Origin: an uncultured Limibaculum sp.
GTDB lineage: Bacteria > Pseudomonadota > Alphaproteobacteria > Rhodobacterales > Rhodobacteraceae
Length of the DNA stretch: 48,886 nucleotides
Direction of reading: 5' to 3'
Assembly (NCBI GenBank): GCA_964467005.1
Contig: CAYXPI010000002.1
Span: 1-48,886, forward strand
Shown: one piece after another, positions 27,728 through 36,838 of the stretch
Layout of the letters: each line of letters begins with the position of its first letter
Numbering within the stretch: position 1 is the first letter of the stretch
The notes under the pieces: generated by a model
Told to the model about the DNA's origin: nothing
What the model saw: only the letters and a program-made list of their open reading frames with translations
Databases searched by the model: none
Made by a program: the position numbers and the translations under genes

Positions 27728-27853
27728 CGTTCCTTCCTTCAGTGGCGTTCCCAGGGGTCGTGTTCTCATTTTGGCCGTGCCAGTCGGGTGGCCGCGGCCG
27801 GTCGAGGGGCGCGAAGCCCCCCATCGATCTCACCCGATGGCCCCCGCCCCGCC

Positions 27854-27947
27854 TTGATCGAGCGCAAATCGCTACTGGAGCGCGGAGGCGGCCTCGGATG
27901 CGGCGGGCATGCCCGACCACCGCCGCATTCCGGTTGATCTTGGTCAA
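27854..27947. promoter_or_regulatory. Two Crp/Fnr-family (FnrL/FixK-like) boxes upstream of the symporter operon
   Basis: TTGATCGAGCGCAA (27854-27867) and TTGATCTTGGTCAA (27934-27947) versus consensus TTGAT-N4-ATCAA / TTG(A/C)-N6-(T/G)CAA. Confidence 0.45.
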
Positions 27948-28278
27948 ACGATCAACAGAAGTCTGAAAACGCGCGGTATTTTTGTAAATTTCAGCACGCC
28001 ATGTCAGGTTAGGCTGTCAATTCTTGCGTCAACCCGCGAGGCTGGGTCGCGATAAGATTATGAAATTGCATCCCGTCCAACGGAAATCGCAAGGGCGTGC
28101 GCAAGAAACTGTTGTGCGACACGGCAATTCGCGAAAAATCATAACAACGGCTGCGACAGGAGCGACGGCCGGTGTTCGTGGAGGGAACGATGACGACAGG
28201 TTTGGGCGGCGGTCTGACCGCGGCCTCTCGAGCGGAATCCGAGTGGCAGCTCGCCGGCCGCCGCCATGGGGGGGCGCC

Positions 28279-28404
28279 ATGATCGGGGTGCGCGACGTTC
28301 TGTGCGCGGCCCTGGCGCTCGGCTGCCTCCTCGGCCTCGCGATGAGCGCGGCTCAGACCGGGCTGATGAACGGCAGCCCCGGCACGGAAGCCGTGACGGA
28401 CTGA
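28279..28404 (+). CDS. Possible small hydrophobic peptide (41 aa)
   Basis: MIGVRDVLCAALALGCLLGLAMSAAQTG...; single hydrophobic helix; ATGA-coupled to an upstream 30-codon ORF (28190-28282) that has a GGAGGG RBS. Confidence 0.35.
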   Translation: MIGVRDVLCAALALGCLLGLAMSAAQTGLMNGSPGTEAVTD

Positions 28405-28413
28405 TCGGTCGCC

Positions 28414-29508
28414 TCAGGGCTCGGGCGCGAGGACGGCGACATCGCCGCCCGCGTCGAAGAACTGCACGACGACGCCCATATCATGGAGGAGGCCGGCCTC
28501 GGGCTCGGCCGCCGCGCGGTCGGCGAAGGTCACGCGCACGCGCTCGACCGCCGAGCCGTCGCCCGCCCCGTCCTCGAGGAAGCCGAGGATCTGGAAGACG
28601 TCCGCGGCGCCGAGCCCCCGGCCCTCGGGCGGGAGTGCCGTGAATTCGAGGCTCTGGTCGTCGTCGCGGTAGCCCACCTGGTCGAGGATCTGCCGGGCGT
28701 CCAGCGCCTCCTCCTCATCAACGCTGAGGAGCGGGAGGAAGTACTCCGTCCGGCCTGGCTTGGCGGCGCGTGCCATGGCCACGGCGCTCTCGAAGGCCGC
28801 GATGTGGTAAGGCGCGTCGTGAAGCCCCGCCGGCGCCCGGGCCACGCGCACCAGGCCCTCGCGGCGCTCCGCCTGGCCCCAGGCGGCGTAGAACGCCTCC
28901 GGGTCCGCGTAGGCGTCGGCCACCTCTTCGGGATCGAGCACGGCGGCCATCACCTCGGGCCGGCCAAAGGGCGGGCGGGGGCCGAGCTCGCGGTCCCCAT
29001 CCCGGCGGATCTCAGCACGGAGCACCGGCAGCTTGGCGAGCGCGGCGGTGAGAACCGCCTCCTCCGCGGCGAGCGCGTCGGCGAAGGCGCTCACATCGTC
29101 CTCCGCCCAGCCATAGCGGCTTTGAAAGATCCGCCAGCCCTGCGTCCGGCCATGGCTGAGCTCGTCCTCGCCCTCCGCGGGCGGCAGGGTGTTGAGCGCC
29201 ATCACCGACACGCCGAAGCTCTTGCCGCGGATCTGGAACCCCGGGGCGAAGGCCGCTTCGCCGAGGTTTTCGAGATCGGCAGGGCTCGGCGTTCCCTTGC
29301 GGTCGGCCGCGGCCAAGGTCTTGGCCGTCGCCGCCTCGCCTGCGAGCTGCCAGACATCGGCCTTGAAGCCCGGCGCGGCCACCACCGCCTCGAGCGCGAA
29401 GGCCAGGAGATCGGCCACCGGCGACGCCCCGGTGACGATCTCGAGATCCAGGCTCGAGGGCAGGGTGATCTCGGCCCCGTCGAGGGCGCCCAAGTCTATC
29501 TCAGCCAT
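28414..29508 (-). CDS. Acidic hypothetical protein, candidate immunity protein (364 aa)
   Basis: Its start overlaps the last 13 nt of the upstream putative toxin gene; Asp/Glu-rich; no signal peptide. Confidence 0.7.
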   Translation of the reverse strand: MAEIDLGALDGAEITLPSSLDLEIVTGASPVADLLAFALEAVVAAPGFKADVWQLAGEAATAKTLAAADRKGTPSPADLENLGEAAFAPGFQIRGKSFGVSVMALNTLPPAEGEDELSHGRTQGWRIFQSRYGWAEDDVSAFADALAAEEAVLTAALAKLPVLRAEIRRDGDRELGPRPPFGRPEVMAAVLDPEEVADAYADPEAFYAAWGQAERREGLVRVARAPAGLHDAPYHIAAFESAVAMARAAKPGRTEYFLPLLSVDEEEALDARQILDQVGYRDDDQSLEFTALPPEGRGLGAADVFQILGFLEDGAGDGSAVERVRVTFADRAAAEPEAGLLHDMGVVVQFFDAGGDVAVLAPEP

Positions 29509-32500
29509 AGGAGCCTTCCGCGACTGTCATAATAGGCGACGTGGATGTTGCTGCTCAGCTTGTGCGTCTTGATCTGGTCGACCGCAAGCTGCGCGGCGGC
29601 CTTGTCCGGGAAGAAGTAGGCGAGGCCCTTGAGCTCCCGGGCCGTGTCTCCGGTGCCGGTCTTGATGCTGCCGGAGGCGAGATCGGCGCTGTAGCTTTTG
29701 AGCTGATCCAGATCGAAGGCGCCGGCACTGCTCTTGTCCTCCACCAGGTAGTCGCCCGGCTCCTTCGGACCGCGCTGCTTGGCCATCTTCTTGGCCGAGG
29801 AGCCCGAGGCGGGGGCGACCGAGACGATGTCGTCGCCGCGGCGCGTGGTGCCGCGGATGGTGAGCTCGCCCGAGGCGCGGGAGGCGCGCTGGATCTGCCG
29901 GCTGGGGTCCGACATGGTGGCCGCTCGGAAGGCGGTGAAGAGCTCGCCCCGGGCGGTCTGGTCCGGCATCGTCTCGATGAAGCCCTTGAGGGCGGCGATC
30001 CGGTCCTCCTTCGGCACATGGTCCGTGATGTGCGCCACCAGCTTGTCGCGCATCGCGTGGCGGAGCTTTTTCGGGAAGGACGCCTCGGTCGCCCCTTCGA
30101 TCCCGGCCACCACGCTCTTGATGTCGAAGGCGGGCACCCTGACCGTCTTGCCGTCGACCGTGTAGGAGAGCCCGTCCGAGATCGCCTTGAATGCCTTCTC
30201 GTAGTATTTGCACTGGGCCCGGTTCTCCGGGATCATCGCCTCGGTCATATCGTCGAGGGCCGGGAAGGTCTCCTTGCCTTCGAGCTTGGCGGTCAGCCGC
30301 TCGCGCCGCTGCTTGGCGGTGAGCTTCACGGCCGGGTCGTCCGGGTCGAGTTCGATCTTGCGCACGACCCATTCGAGCTCGTTGGTCTCTGGGTTCACCC
30401 GCTGCTCGAGCGAGAACTTCTCGTACTTGCCTGTGTCGGGGTTCACCGGATCGACCCAGTTGCCGCCCTTCTCGCCGGATTTGCGGAAGCGCACGAGCTC
30501 GTAATCCCCCGTGTTCTTCTGGCGGAAGAAGTGGCCGTCCGGCAGGTCGTCCTTGGTGAGGCCGAGGGCGTCGAGCGCCTCCTGGTTGCGCTTGGGCACG
30601 TGCTCGGTCTTGAAGAGGCGGGGGGGCGGCACGTCGTCGATCCAGGAGGGCGCGCCGCCGTCGTCCATCGCCTTCTTCACCTCGTCGAGGCGGCTCGCGT
30701 AATGCGCCTGATCCGCCTCGGCAAAAGCCAGCTCGTCGGCCACGTCCTCCATCATGTCCTCGAGCCGGCGGAGGTCCTGCGGGTCGGCCTCGTCGACGGT
30801 CTCGAGGAGCGCGTTGTAGGCGATGTTGATCTGGCGCTGCCGCTCGGTGATCTCGGCCACAAGATCCGCCTGCTGGCGCGCCTCGATCGTGAGCTGCGCT
30901 TCGAAGGCCTCGAGCTTCTGGCCCACGGTCTTGGTCGCCCAGTTGTCGAGCTGGTCCTCGGTCAGCTTCAGAGCCGCGCGTTTGAGCTCGGGGTCCTTCG
31001 TGATCTGGATGAGATGCGCCATCTCCTCCTTGATGGCGGCGTTGCGCGCGTCGGGGCTCGCGCCGGCCCGCGCGACGATCTCCACATAGAGATTGCCCGC
31101 CTCGTCGTGGCGCATGAGCGTGACGGCCTCGGCCGCGTCCGAGCCGAAGCGCGCGTCGAAGGCGGTCTCGGACATGAGCTGGGTCGAGACGCTCCGCACC
31201 CCGCCGAGATTGACGGCCTCTTTGAGGATGCGCGTGTACTCGGCGTGCTTGGCGTCGTCGATGCCGAGGTGGCGGAGCATGTCGCCCCAGTCCTCGTCCG
31301 AGAGCCGGGCGAGATCGGCCGCATCGTCGAGGCCCTTGAGGCTGACGAGCGCGCGGATCGCCTTCACCGCGTCGAACCCGTCGAGCACCACGCCGCCCCA
31401 GGCGACCGCCACCCACCCCCAATGGGGCACGAGCTCGGGGTCGAGGAGCCCGCCCGTGGGGTCGAGGGCCGTGCCCGCCGCGGCGGAGAGCATGAAGTAG
31501 TCCTGCGTCGTCTTCACGGCGTCGTAGGTGCCGACGGCGATGGACGCGCCGATGAGGACAAGCGCCACCCCACCCGTGGCGAAGGCCGCGCCCACGGCGA
31601 GCCCGATCGAGAGGGCGGCCAGCGCCACGCCCTCGATAAGCTTCCGTCGCTTGGCGCGCTTCACCTTCTCCTGGATCCAGCCAAGGCGGACGCCCTGCAC
31701 GCCGAGGGCCGCAATGGCGGCGTTGCGCATCCCGTCGAGCGCCCAGAGATCGAGCGACTTCGAATCTAGATTGGCCCGCGTGTCCGAGATGTTCTGGATC
31801 ACCTCGTCGACCGTGCCGGAGAACGCGCCGCTCGCAGGCGGCGCGCTCGCCGCGGCCATGGCCCTGCGCCGAGCGGGCTCGAGACGAAGCGCCAAAGGGA
31901 AGGGCTCGACGACCGTGGTCTTGAGGCTCTCGAGCGTGCCGATCTCGGTGTCGCGGGCGGCCTTCGCGTCGGCCACTGCCTCCTCGGCCGCGGCGCGCGC
32001 GTCCTCGAGATCCGGGTTCGCGCCCATCTGGGTGGGATCCTCGGTCTCGGCCGCGTCGATCGCCGCCTCGGCGTCGTCGAGCCGTTTCTCGGCGGCGGCC
32101 ACCAGCCCATCGTGCTTGGTCTTCGCGGTCGCGATCCGCTCCTCGATCTTGTCGAGCCGGCGCGAGACGACCTTGAGCCGCTCGAAGGCCGCGGGCGTCA
32201 TCGCCCGGCCCTCGAGCTCGGCCTTCATCTTCTGCGCCTCCCGCTCCGAGACGGCGAGGGCCGCGTAGCAGCTGTCGCGCATCACGAGCTCGAACTGCTC
32301 GAGGAAGGCGTCCTTGTCGTCGAGATACTCGAAGCCCGGGCCGAAGGCCACGAGCTGCGCTTCGTAGGGGTCGAGGAGGCTCGCCGCGCGGTTGATCACG
32401 CCGAGGCCCGAGCGCATGTCGATCACGTAGTCGTCCGAGGTGATGAGCGTCTGCAGCCCGGAATGGTCGCGCCGGATGTTGAGGCCGTACTCCTTGAACC

Positions 32501-34727
32501 TCTCGGCCTCGGCCAAGGTCATCTTCGACATGCTCTTGTAGGAGAGGACGTCGGACTCGTAGGCGACGTAGTGGCCGTCCTCCAACATCACGGCGGCCGG
32601 GCCCTTCAGGCGGCGCGCGAACGCGTTGGCCTCGCTCAGGGAGCCGAGCTCGCGCTCGCTCCGGCGCTTGAGAACCACGGGGGAGTTGTTGAAGGTCGCG
32701 ACCCGGATGCCGGAGAAGCCGCCGTGCTCGAGATCGATGCGCCCGCCGCCGGTCTCCTGGCGGATGCGGAGCTTCTCGAGCAGCCGGTCGACGGATTTGA
32801 AATACACCTCCGGGTCGCTGGTCGTGCCCGTGAATCCCGCCTTCACCTCGGCCAGCTCCTCGTCGGTCAGCTCGTCGAGCTTCTCTGCGGCCAGAAGCAT
32901 CTTCTCGAGGATGTCCGGCGTGAGCGGAACGCCGCCCTTCTTCCACTCGAAGAAGTTGAGGATCCGCTCTGGCAGCGCCTCCAGACGCTGGAGCTTGTCC
33001 ACCATCTCGGCGCGCTTCTCGAGCCAGGCCTCCGAGATGGCCGGGAAGTTGGGGTCGTCCGGGTCGATCTTCTGTCCGGGTTTGTAGCCGATCTCGTCGA
33101 AGAACTCCTGATCGGCGAGCTTGTTCACTTGGGCTTGGAGCTCTGGGGGCATGGCGCGGAATGCGTCGTCGAGCGCGTCGCGGTCCTCCGGGCTGTAGGA
33201 TGTGTCGCTCTCGATGAAATGACGCACGGGGATCGCGCCGTGCTCGTCCACCATCTCCTGGGTGATGTCGTATTTCGGGTGGAGGCGATTGCCCTCGTCG
33301 GCGCAGTGCTGGATCGCCTCGGGTCGGCTCATGCCGTGGTACTGCATGTAGTACATCACGTCGAATTCGAGCGAGGTCATCGGCGTGCTGACGGGGACGA
33401 GCACCCGGATCCAGGAACCGGCCGGCTCCGGCCCGGCCCCCTCGGTCTCCGGCGTCGCGACGGGGCGGATCTGAGGCGCGCCGAAGGTGACGATGCCGCG
33501 GGGCTTCTTCTTGCGCTTTCGCCCCTCCTTGCCTTGGGCGGGAGGTGCGGCCGGCGGGGCCGGGGATGCAACGGGGGTCGCGGCGGTCTCGAGGGTGTCG
33601 ACCGCGGCCTCGGCGGCGGCCAGATCGCCCGCGCGCACCGCCGAGGCGTAGCCGGCGAGCGCCCCGCGCAGCTCGGCGGCCTGGGTGCTGGGGAGCTGGG
33701 CCAGCCGAGGCTTGAGCGCCGAGAAGGCGGCGCCGTAGCGGGCCTTCAGCGCCTCGGCCGCGGCGGGGGGCAGGCGTGGCGCCGGCGGCGCCTCGGCCGT
33801 GGGGGCCGCGCCCGCCATGGCGGCCTCCCGCACGGGCTCGGGTGCGGGCTCAGGCGTCGGCGGGGCCCTCTCCTCCCGGATCGTCCCTCCGCCCTCTGGG
33901 TCGGGATCTGGCGCCGAGAGATCCACCGGCGCCAGCGTCTCGTCCGCCTCCGCCTCGTCCGAGCCGTCGATCTCCACCCCGCCTTCGAGGATCTTCACCT
34001 TGGAGAATTGCGTCACCCCGAGCTTCTTCAGCATGAGGCGCACGCGCTTGGCGAGTGCGGGGATCCGTCGGCCCTCGAGATGGAGGCAGAGGGTGCGCGC
34101 GCCGACCCCCTCCTCGCCATGCTCCTCGGCCAGCCGCTCGGTGCCCGCCTGGCCGAAGGTGAACTTCTTGGCGCCCGCCTCCTTCCGCAACACCCCCGCG
34201 AGGCCGCGGGGCGCCTTGGTGGCGTGGAAGTTGAGCCGCATTTCCTCGGGCTGGTTCGAGGGCAGGCCCACGGCAAAGCTCACCTGCCCGCGTTTGATCC
34301 GGGGCGCCCATTTCTTGATGAAGGCGGCATGGGCCACGGGATCGACGAATTGGCCGGCCTCTTCGGCGTCCGCCGCCGTCTCCGCGCCCGCCTGGGCCTC
34401 GGCCCGGGCTGCGGCGATCTCCTTGGCGAGCGGTTTGCCCATCACCGCGACGGTGTTGGCGAGGTCGGCCTTGGCCTTCTTGTCCTTGGCCTTTTTCTCG
34501 AGCTCCTTGGCCTCGGCGGCCACCTGCTTGCCCGTGGCGGCGAGCTTGTCGAGTGCGCCCTCATAGGCCTTGAGCGCGGCCTCCGCCCGGGCGCCACCCA
34601 GCGCCGCCCCGGCTTTCGCCACGTCGTCGAGCACCTTCTCGAAGGCGGGGCCGGACTTCCTGAGGCCGTCCGGCGCCTCCTTCTTCCACCAGCTCTTGCT
34701 GAGGGTGATCTGCGACGCGCTCTTCAT
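29496..34727 (-). CDS. Putative polymorphic toxin (1743 aa) with a C-terminal restriction-endonuclease-fold domain
   Basis: GGAGGA RBS before ATG 34727; modular layout of Lys/Ala-rich N-terminus, Pro-rich linker, coiled coils, Gly/Ala TM hairpin, EEMAH motif, and C-terminal RRGDDIV...YLVEDKS...FDLDQLKSY (PD-(D/E)xK plus Q..Y helix). Confidence 0.75.
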   Translation of the reverse strand: MKSASQITLSKSWWKKEAPDGLRKSGPAFEKVLDDVAKAGAALGGARAEAALKAYEGALDKLAATGKQVAAEAKELEKKAKDKKAKADLANTVAVMGKPLAKEIAAARAEAQAGAETAADAEEAGQFVDPVAHAAFIKKWAPRIKRGQVSFAVGLPSNQPEEMRLNFHATKAPRGLAGVLRKEAGAKKFTFGQAGTERLAEEHGEEGVGARTLCLHLEGRRIPALAKRVRLMLKKLGVTQFSKVKILEGGVEIDGSDEAEADETLAPVDLSAPDPDPEGGGTIREERAPPTPEPAPEPVREAAMAGAAPTAEAPPAPRLPPAAAEALKARYGAAFSALKPRLAQLPSTQAAELRGALAGYASAVRAGDLAAAEAAVDTLETAATPVASPAPPAAPPAQGKEGRKRKKKPRGIVTFGAPQIRPVATPETEGAGPEPAGSWIRVLVPVSTPMTSLEFDVMYYMQYHGMSRPEAIQHCADEGNRLHPKYDITQEMVDEHGAIPVRHFIESDTSYSPEDRDALDDAFRAMPPELQAQVNKLADQEFFDEIGYKPGQKIDPDDPNFPAISEAWLEKRAEMVDKLQRLEALPERILNFFEWKKGGVPLTPDILEKMLLAAEKLDELTDEELAEVKAGFTGTTSDPEVYFKSVDRLLEKLRIRQETGGGRIDLEHGGFSGIRVATFNNSPVVLKRRSERELGSLSEANAFARRLKGPAAVMLEDGHYVAYESDVLSYKSMSKMTLAEAERFKEYGLNIRRDHSGLQTLITSDDYVIDMRSGLGVINRAASLLDPYEAQLVAFGPGFEYLDDKDAFLEQFELVMRDSCYAALAVSEREAQKMKAELEGRAMTPAAFERLKVVSRRLDKIEERIATAKTKHDGLVAAAEKRLDDAEAAIDAAETEDPTQMGANPDLEDARAAAEEAVADAKAARDTEIGTLESLKTTVVEPFPLALRLEPARRRAMAAASAPPASGAFSGTVDEVIQNISDTRANLDSKSLDLWALDGMRNAAIAALGVQGVRLGWIQEKVKRAKRRKLIEGVALAALSIGLAVGAAFATGGVALVLIGASIAVGTYDAVKTTQDYFMLSAAAGTALDPTGGLLDPELVPHWGWVAVAWGGVVLDGFDAVKAIRALVSLKGLDDAADLARLSDEDWGDMLRHLGIDDAKHAEYTRILKEAVNLGGVRSVSTQLMSETAFDARFGSDAAEAVTLMRHDEAGNLYVEIVARAGASPDARNAAIKEEMAHLIQITKDPELKRAALKLTEDQLDNWATKTVGQKLEAFEAQLTIEARQQADLVAEITERQRQINIAYNALLETVDEADPQDLRRLEDMMEDVADELAFAEADQAHYASRLDEVKKAMDDGGAPSWIDDVPPPRLFKTEHVPKRNQEALDALGLTKDDLPDGHFFRQKNTGDYELVRFRKSGEKGGNWVDPVNPDTGKYEKFSLEQRVNPETNELEWVVRKIELDPDDPAVKLTAKQRRERLTAKLEGKETFPALDDMTEAMIPENRAQCKYYEKAFKAISDGLSYTVDGKTVRVPAFDIKSVVAGIEGATEASFPKKLRHAMRDKLVAHITDHVPKEDRIAALKGFIETMPDQTARGELFTAFRAATMSDPSRQIQRASRASGELTIRGTTRRGDDIVSVAPASGSSAKKMAKQRGPKEPGDYLVEDKSSAGAFDLDQLKSYSADLASGSIKTGTGDTARELKGLAYFFPDKAAAQLAVDQIKTHKLSSNIHVAYYDSRGRLLWLR

Positions 34728-34841
34728 CGGGATCCTCCGGTGGCGGGCGGCGCGGGTCTGCGGGCGCCGGCGCGTCAACCCGTCAAAGCTCCGGCGATTC
34801 GCCCGGGCCTGTCAACCTGCCCGGGCGGGGGCCGGCGGGGC

Positions 34842-36773
34842 TCAGAAGTCGTCGCGCGCCCAGTCGAGCGGGGGCAGTTCCTCCACGATCTCGAAGGCGA
34901 TCGTCTCGGTGAAGCTGCGCCCGTAGCGGTCGGTCGTGGTGACGGTGAGGGTGTGGACGCCGGCGGGCAGGTTGGCCGGCAGGTCGGCCCGCCAGAGATG
35001 GTTGGAGCCCCGGGTGAGCATCCAGGCCTGGAAGGGCTGGGCGGTGGACGCGATCCACTCCACCCCCTTCCAGGTCTGATAGCCGGCGCCGCCCTCGCCG
35101 AAGCTCTTCACCGTCACCCGGCCCTGGGAGGCTTGCTTGGCCAGCGCGTGGGGGTCGGCGAATTCGGGGCCGGCGGAGGGGGCCTCGCCCGCGCCGTCTT
35201 GGGTGCGGCGGGCCTGGATCGCCGCCTGGTCGTTGATCGCGACGGACACCCGGCTGTCGCGCGAGCCGTTCCAGACATTGACGACCACCCAGCTGCCGCC
35301 GGCGAGGTCTGCGCGCGAGAGCAGGTTGGGGTCGCCGAGATCGTTGACCGAGACCGGCGGGATCACGTCCTGCGGCGGGTTGTAGGCGTCGGCATAGGCG
35401 AAGAGCTTGCGCGCCCAGTCGCGGAACCGCGGGGTGTTGAACGACGCGTGCATCTGCGCCTCGGGCCCGGCGTCGAAGGTGCGGTAGGTGTCGACATAGG
35501 CCGCGCCGTCGAATTCGAGGATATAGTAGCCGCGGGGCGAGCCGAGGCGTTGGGTGGCGTGGGGAATGCCCGCGTCGTTGAGATCCCCCGCCCACCAGGA
35601 GCCCGAGAGCGCGCCGGTGACGATCTGGTGGAAGGGCTGGGGCCCGACGCCGGTGTTCTCGGCGAAGCCCGCGAACTCCTCTCCGGGCAGGATCTGCTCG
35701 GTGGTGTGGGTGTGGCCCGAGAGGCCGAGGGCCGGACGGTCGCCGATGATCTCGGCGAGGGCCGCGAAATTGTCCGTCTGGTGCTTTTGCGCGTCCGCGT
35801 TCGCGAAGGTGACGAGGGGAATGTGGGTGTTGATCACGATGAGCCGGTCCTCGGGCACCTGGGCGAGGTTGTTCTCGAGCCAGGTGAGCTGACGCTCGGA
35901 GATCACGCCGTTGTAGGTGGGCGCGCGCGCGAGGTCGCAAAACGGGTGATCGTCCACCCCGTTGCAAGGGTAGCGCACATTGTCGAGCACAACGAAATGG
36001 ACCTGGCCGATGTCGAAGGAGTAGTACTCCGGCCCCCATTCCGCGCGGAAGGTGTCGAGGGAATGGGCATCGCTTTCGGCGTCGAAATCGAGGTCGTGAT
36101 TGCCGGGCACGAAGTATTGCGGCACCCGGCCGAGGGCGATGATCTCCTTGAAGCGGGGGTAGAGGGAGAGGTCGTCGCCCATCACGTCGCCCTCGAACAG
36201 GAGGCATTCGGTGGCCGAGTTGTCGCGACTGGCGAGGAGCTTGCCCGCGGTCTCGCGCACATAGCCGATCTCGCGGTTGGAGTAGGGCTGCGCGTCGCCG
36301 AAGACGAGGCACTCGAAGACGTCGCCCGTGCCGTCGTCGACCAAAGGGAAGTTGACCGCTTCGGGCAGCGGCCCGGTGGGCGCGATGCCGCCGAAGCGGA
36401 GCGGTGGGGACCCCTCGACCTTATGGATGTAGAAGAACTGGGAGACCATGTCCGGGCTTACCGGTGCACTCATCCCCGCGGGTTTGGTGATGAAGAGGTT
36501 CATGTCGTCGACGGCGGGGAGGGCGTAGGCGCCCGCTCGGTCGGTGACCGTGACGTCGAGGCCGTTGGAGACGAGGACGCCTGGAACGCCGGCCTCGCCC
36601 GCATCCATCCGGCTGTTGCGGTTCGTGTCGTGGAAGACGGTGCCGCGGGCCACGTCCGAGCCGTCGCCGGCCCCGCGGATCACCTCGACGGTGCCGATGT
36701 AGTCGGGGTCTTTGGCGAGCGCATGGGGCGCGGCCAGGGCGGCCGCGAGGACCGTGGTGGAGAAATGGCGCAT
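34842..36773 (-). CDS. Exported calcineurin-like metallophosphoesterase (MetallophosN/Metallophos/MetallophosC architecture)
   Basis: Signal peptide; G.VFHDTNRNS..D.GEAGVPGVLVSNG; motifs GDAQP, EGDVMGD, PGNHD, HIP and SGHTH. Confidence 0.9.
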   Translation of the reverse strand: MRHFSTTVLAAALAAPHALAKDPDYIGTVEVIRGAGDGSDVARGTVFHDTNRNSRMDAGEAGVPGVLVSNGLDVTVTDRAGAYALPAVDDMNLFITKPAGMSAPVSPDMVSQFFYIHKVEGSPPLRFGGIAPTGPLPEAVNFPLVDDGTGDVFECLVFGDAQPYSNREIGYVRETAGKLLASRDNSATECLLFEGDVMGDDLSLYPRFKEIIALGRVPQYFVPGNHDLDFDAESDAHSLDTFRAEWGPEYYSFDIGQVHFVVLDNVRYPCNGVDDHPFCDLARAPTYNGVISERQLTWLENNLAQVPEDRLIVINTHIPLVTFANADAQKHQTDNFAALAEIIGDRPALGLSGHTHTTEQILPGEEFAGFAENTGVGPQPFHQIVTGALSGSWWAGDLNDAGIPHATQRLGSPRGYYILEFDGAAYVDTYRTFDAGPEAQMHASFNTPRFRDWARKLFAYADAYNPPQDVIPPVSVNDLGDPNLLSRADLAGGSWVVVNVWNGSRDSRVSVAINDQAAIQARRTQDGAGEAPSAGPEFADPHALAKQASQGRVTVKSFGEGGAGYQTWKGVEWIASTAQPFQAWMLTRGSNHLWRADLPANLPAGVHTLTVTTTDRYGRSFTETIAFEIVEELPPLDWARDDF

Positions 36774-36820
36774 GACGGTCTCCTGGGTGTGGGTGCACCC
36801 GAAGGAGTGTCCGCCACGAG

Positions 36821-36838
36821 ATGACAGATGCGTGTCAG
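36821..36838 (-). promoter_or_regulatory. Putative Pho box (PhoB site)
   Basis: Minus strand CTGACAC-GCAT-CTGTCAT (11-bp period, consensus CTGTCAT-N4-CTGTCAT), about 50 nt upstream of the phosphoesterase start. Confidence 0.65.

Noticed and set aside
23294-27937. 1547-aa plus-strand ORF (likewise 32112-36824 and 20789-22993)
   Set aside because: Shadow frames opposite motif-supported minus-strand genes.
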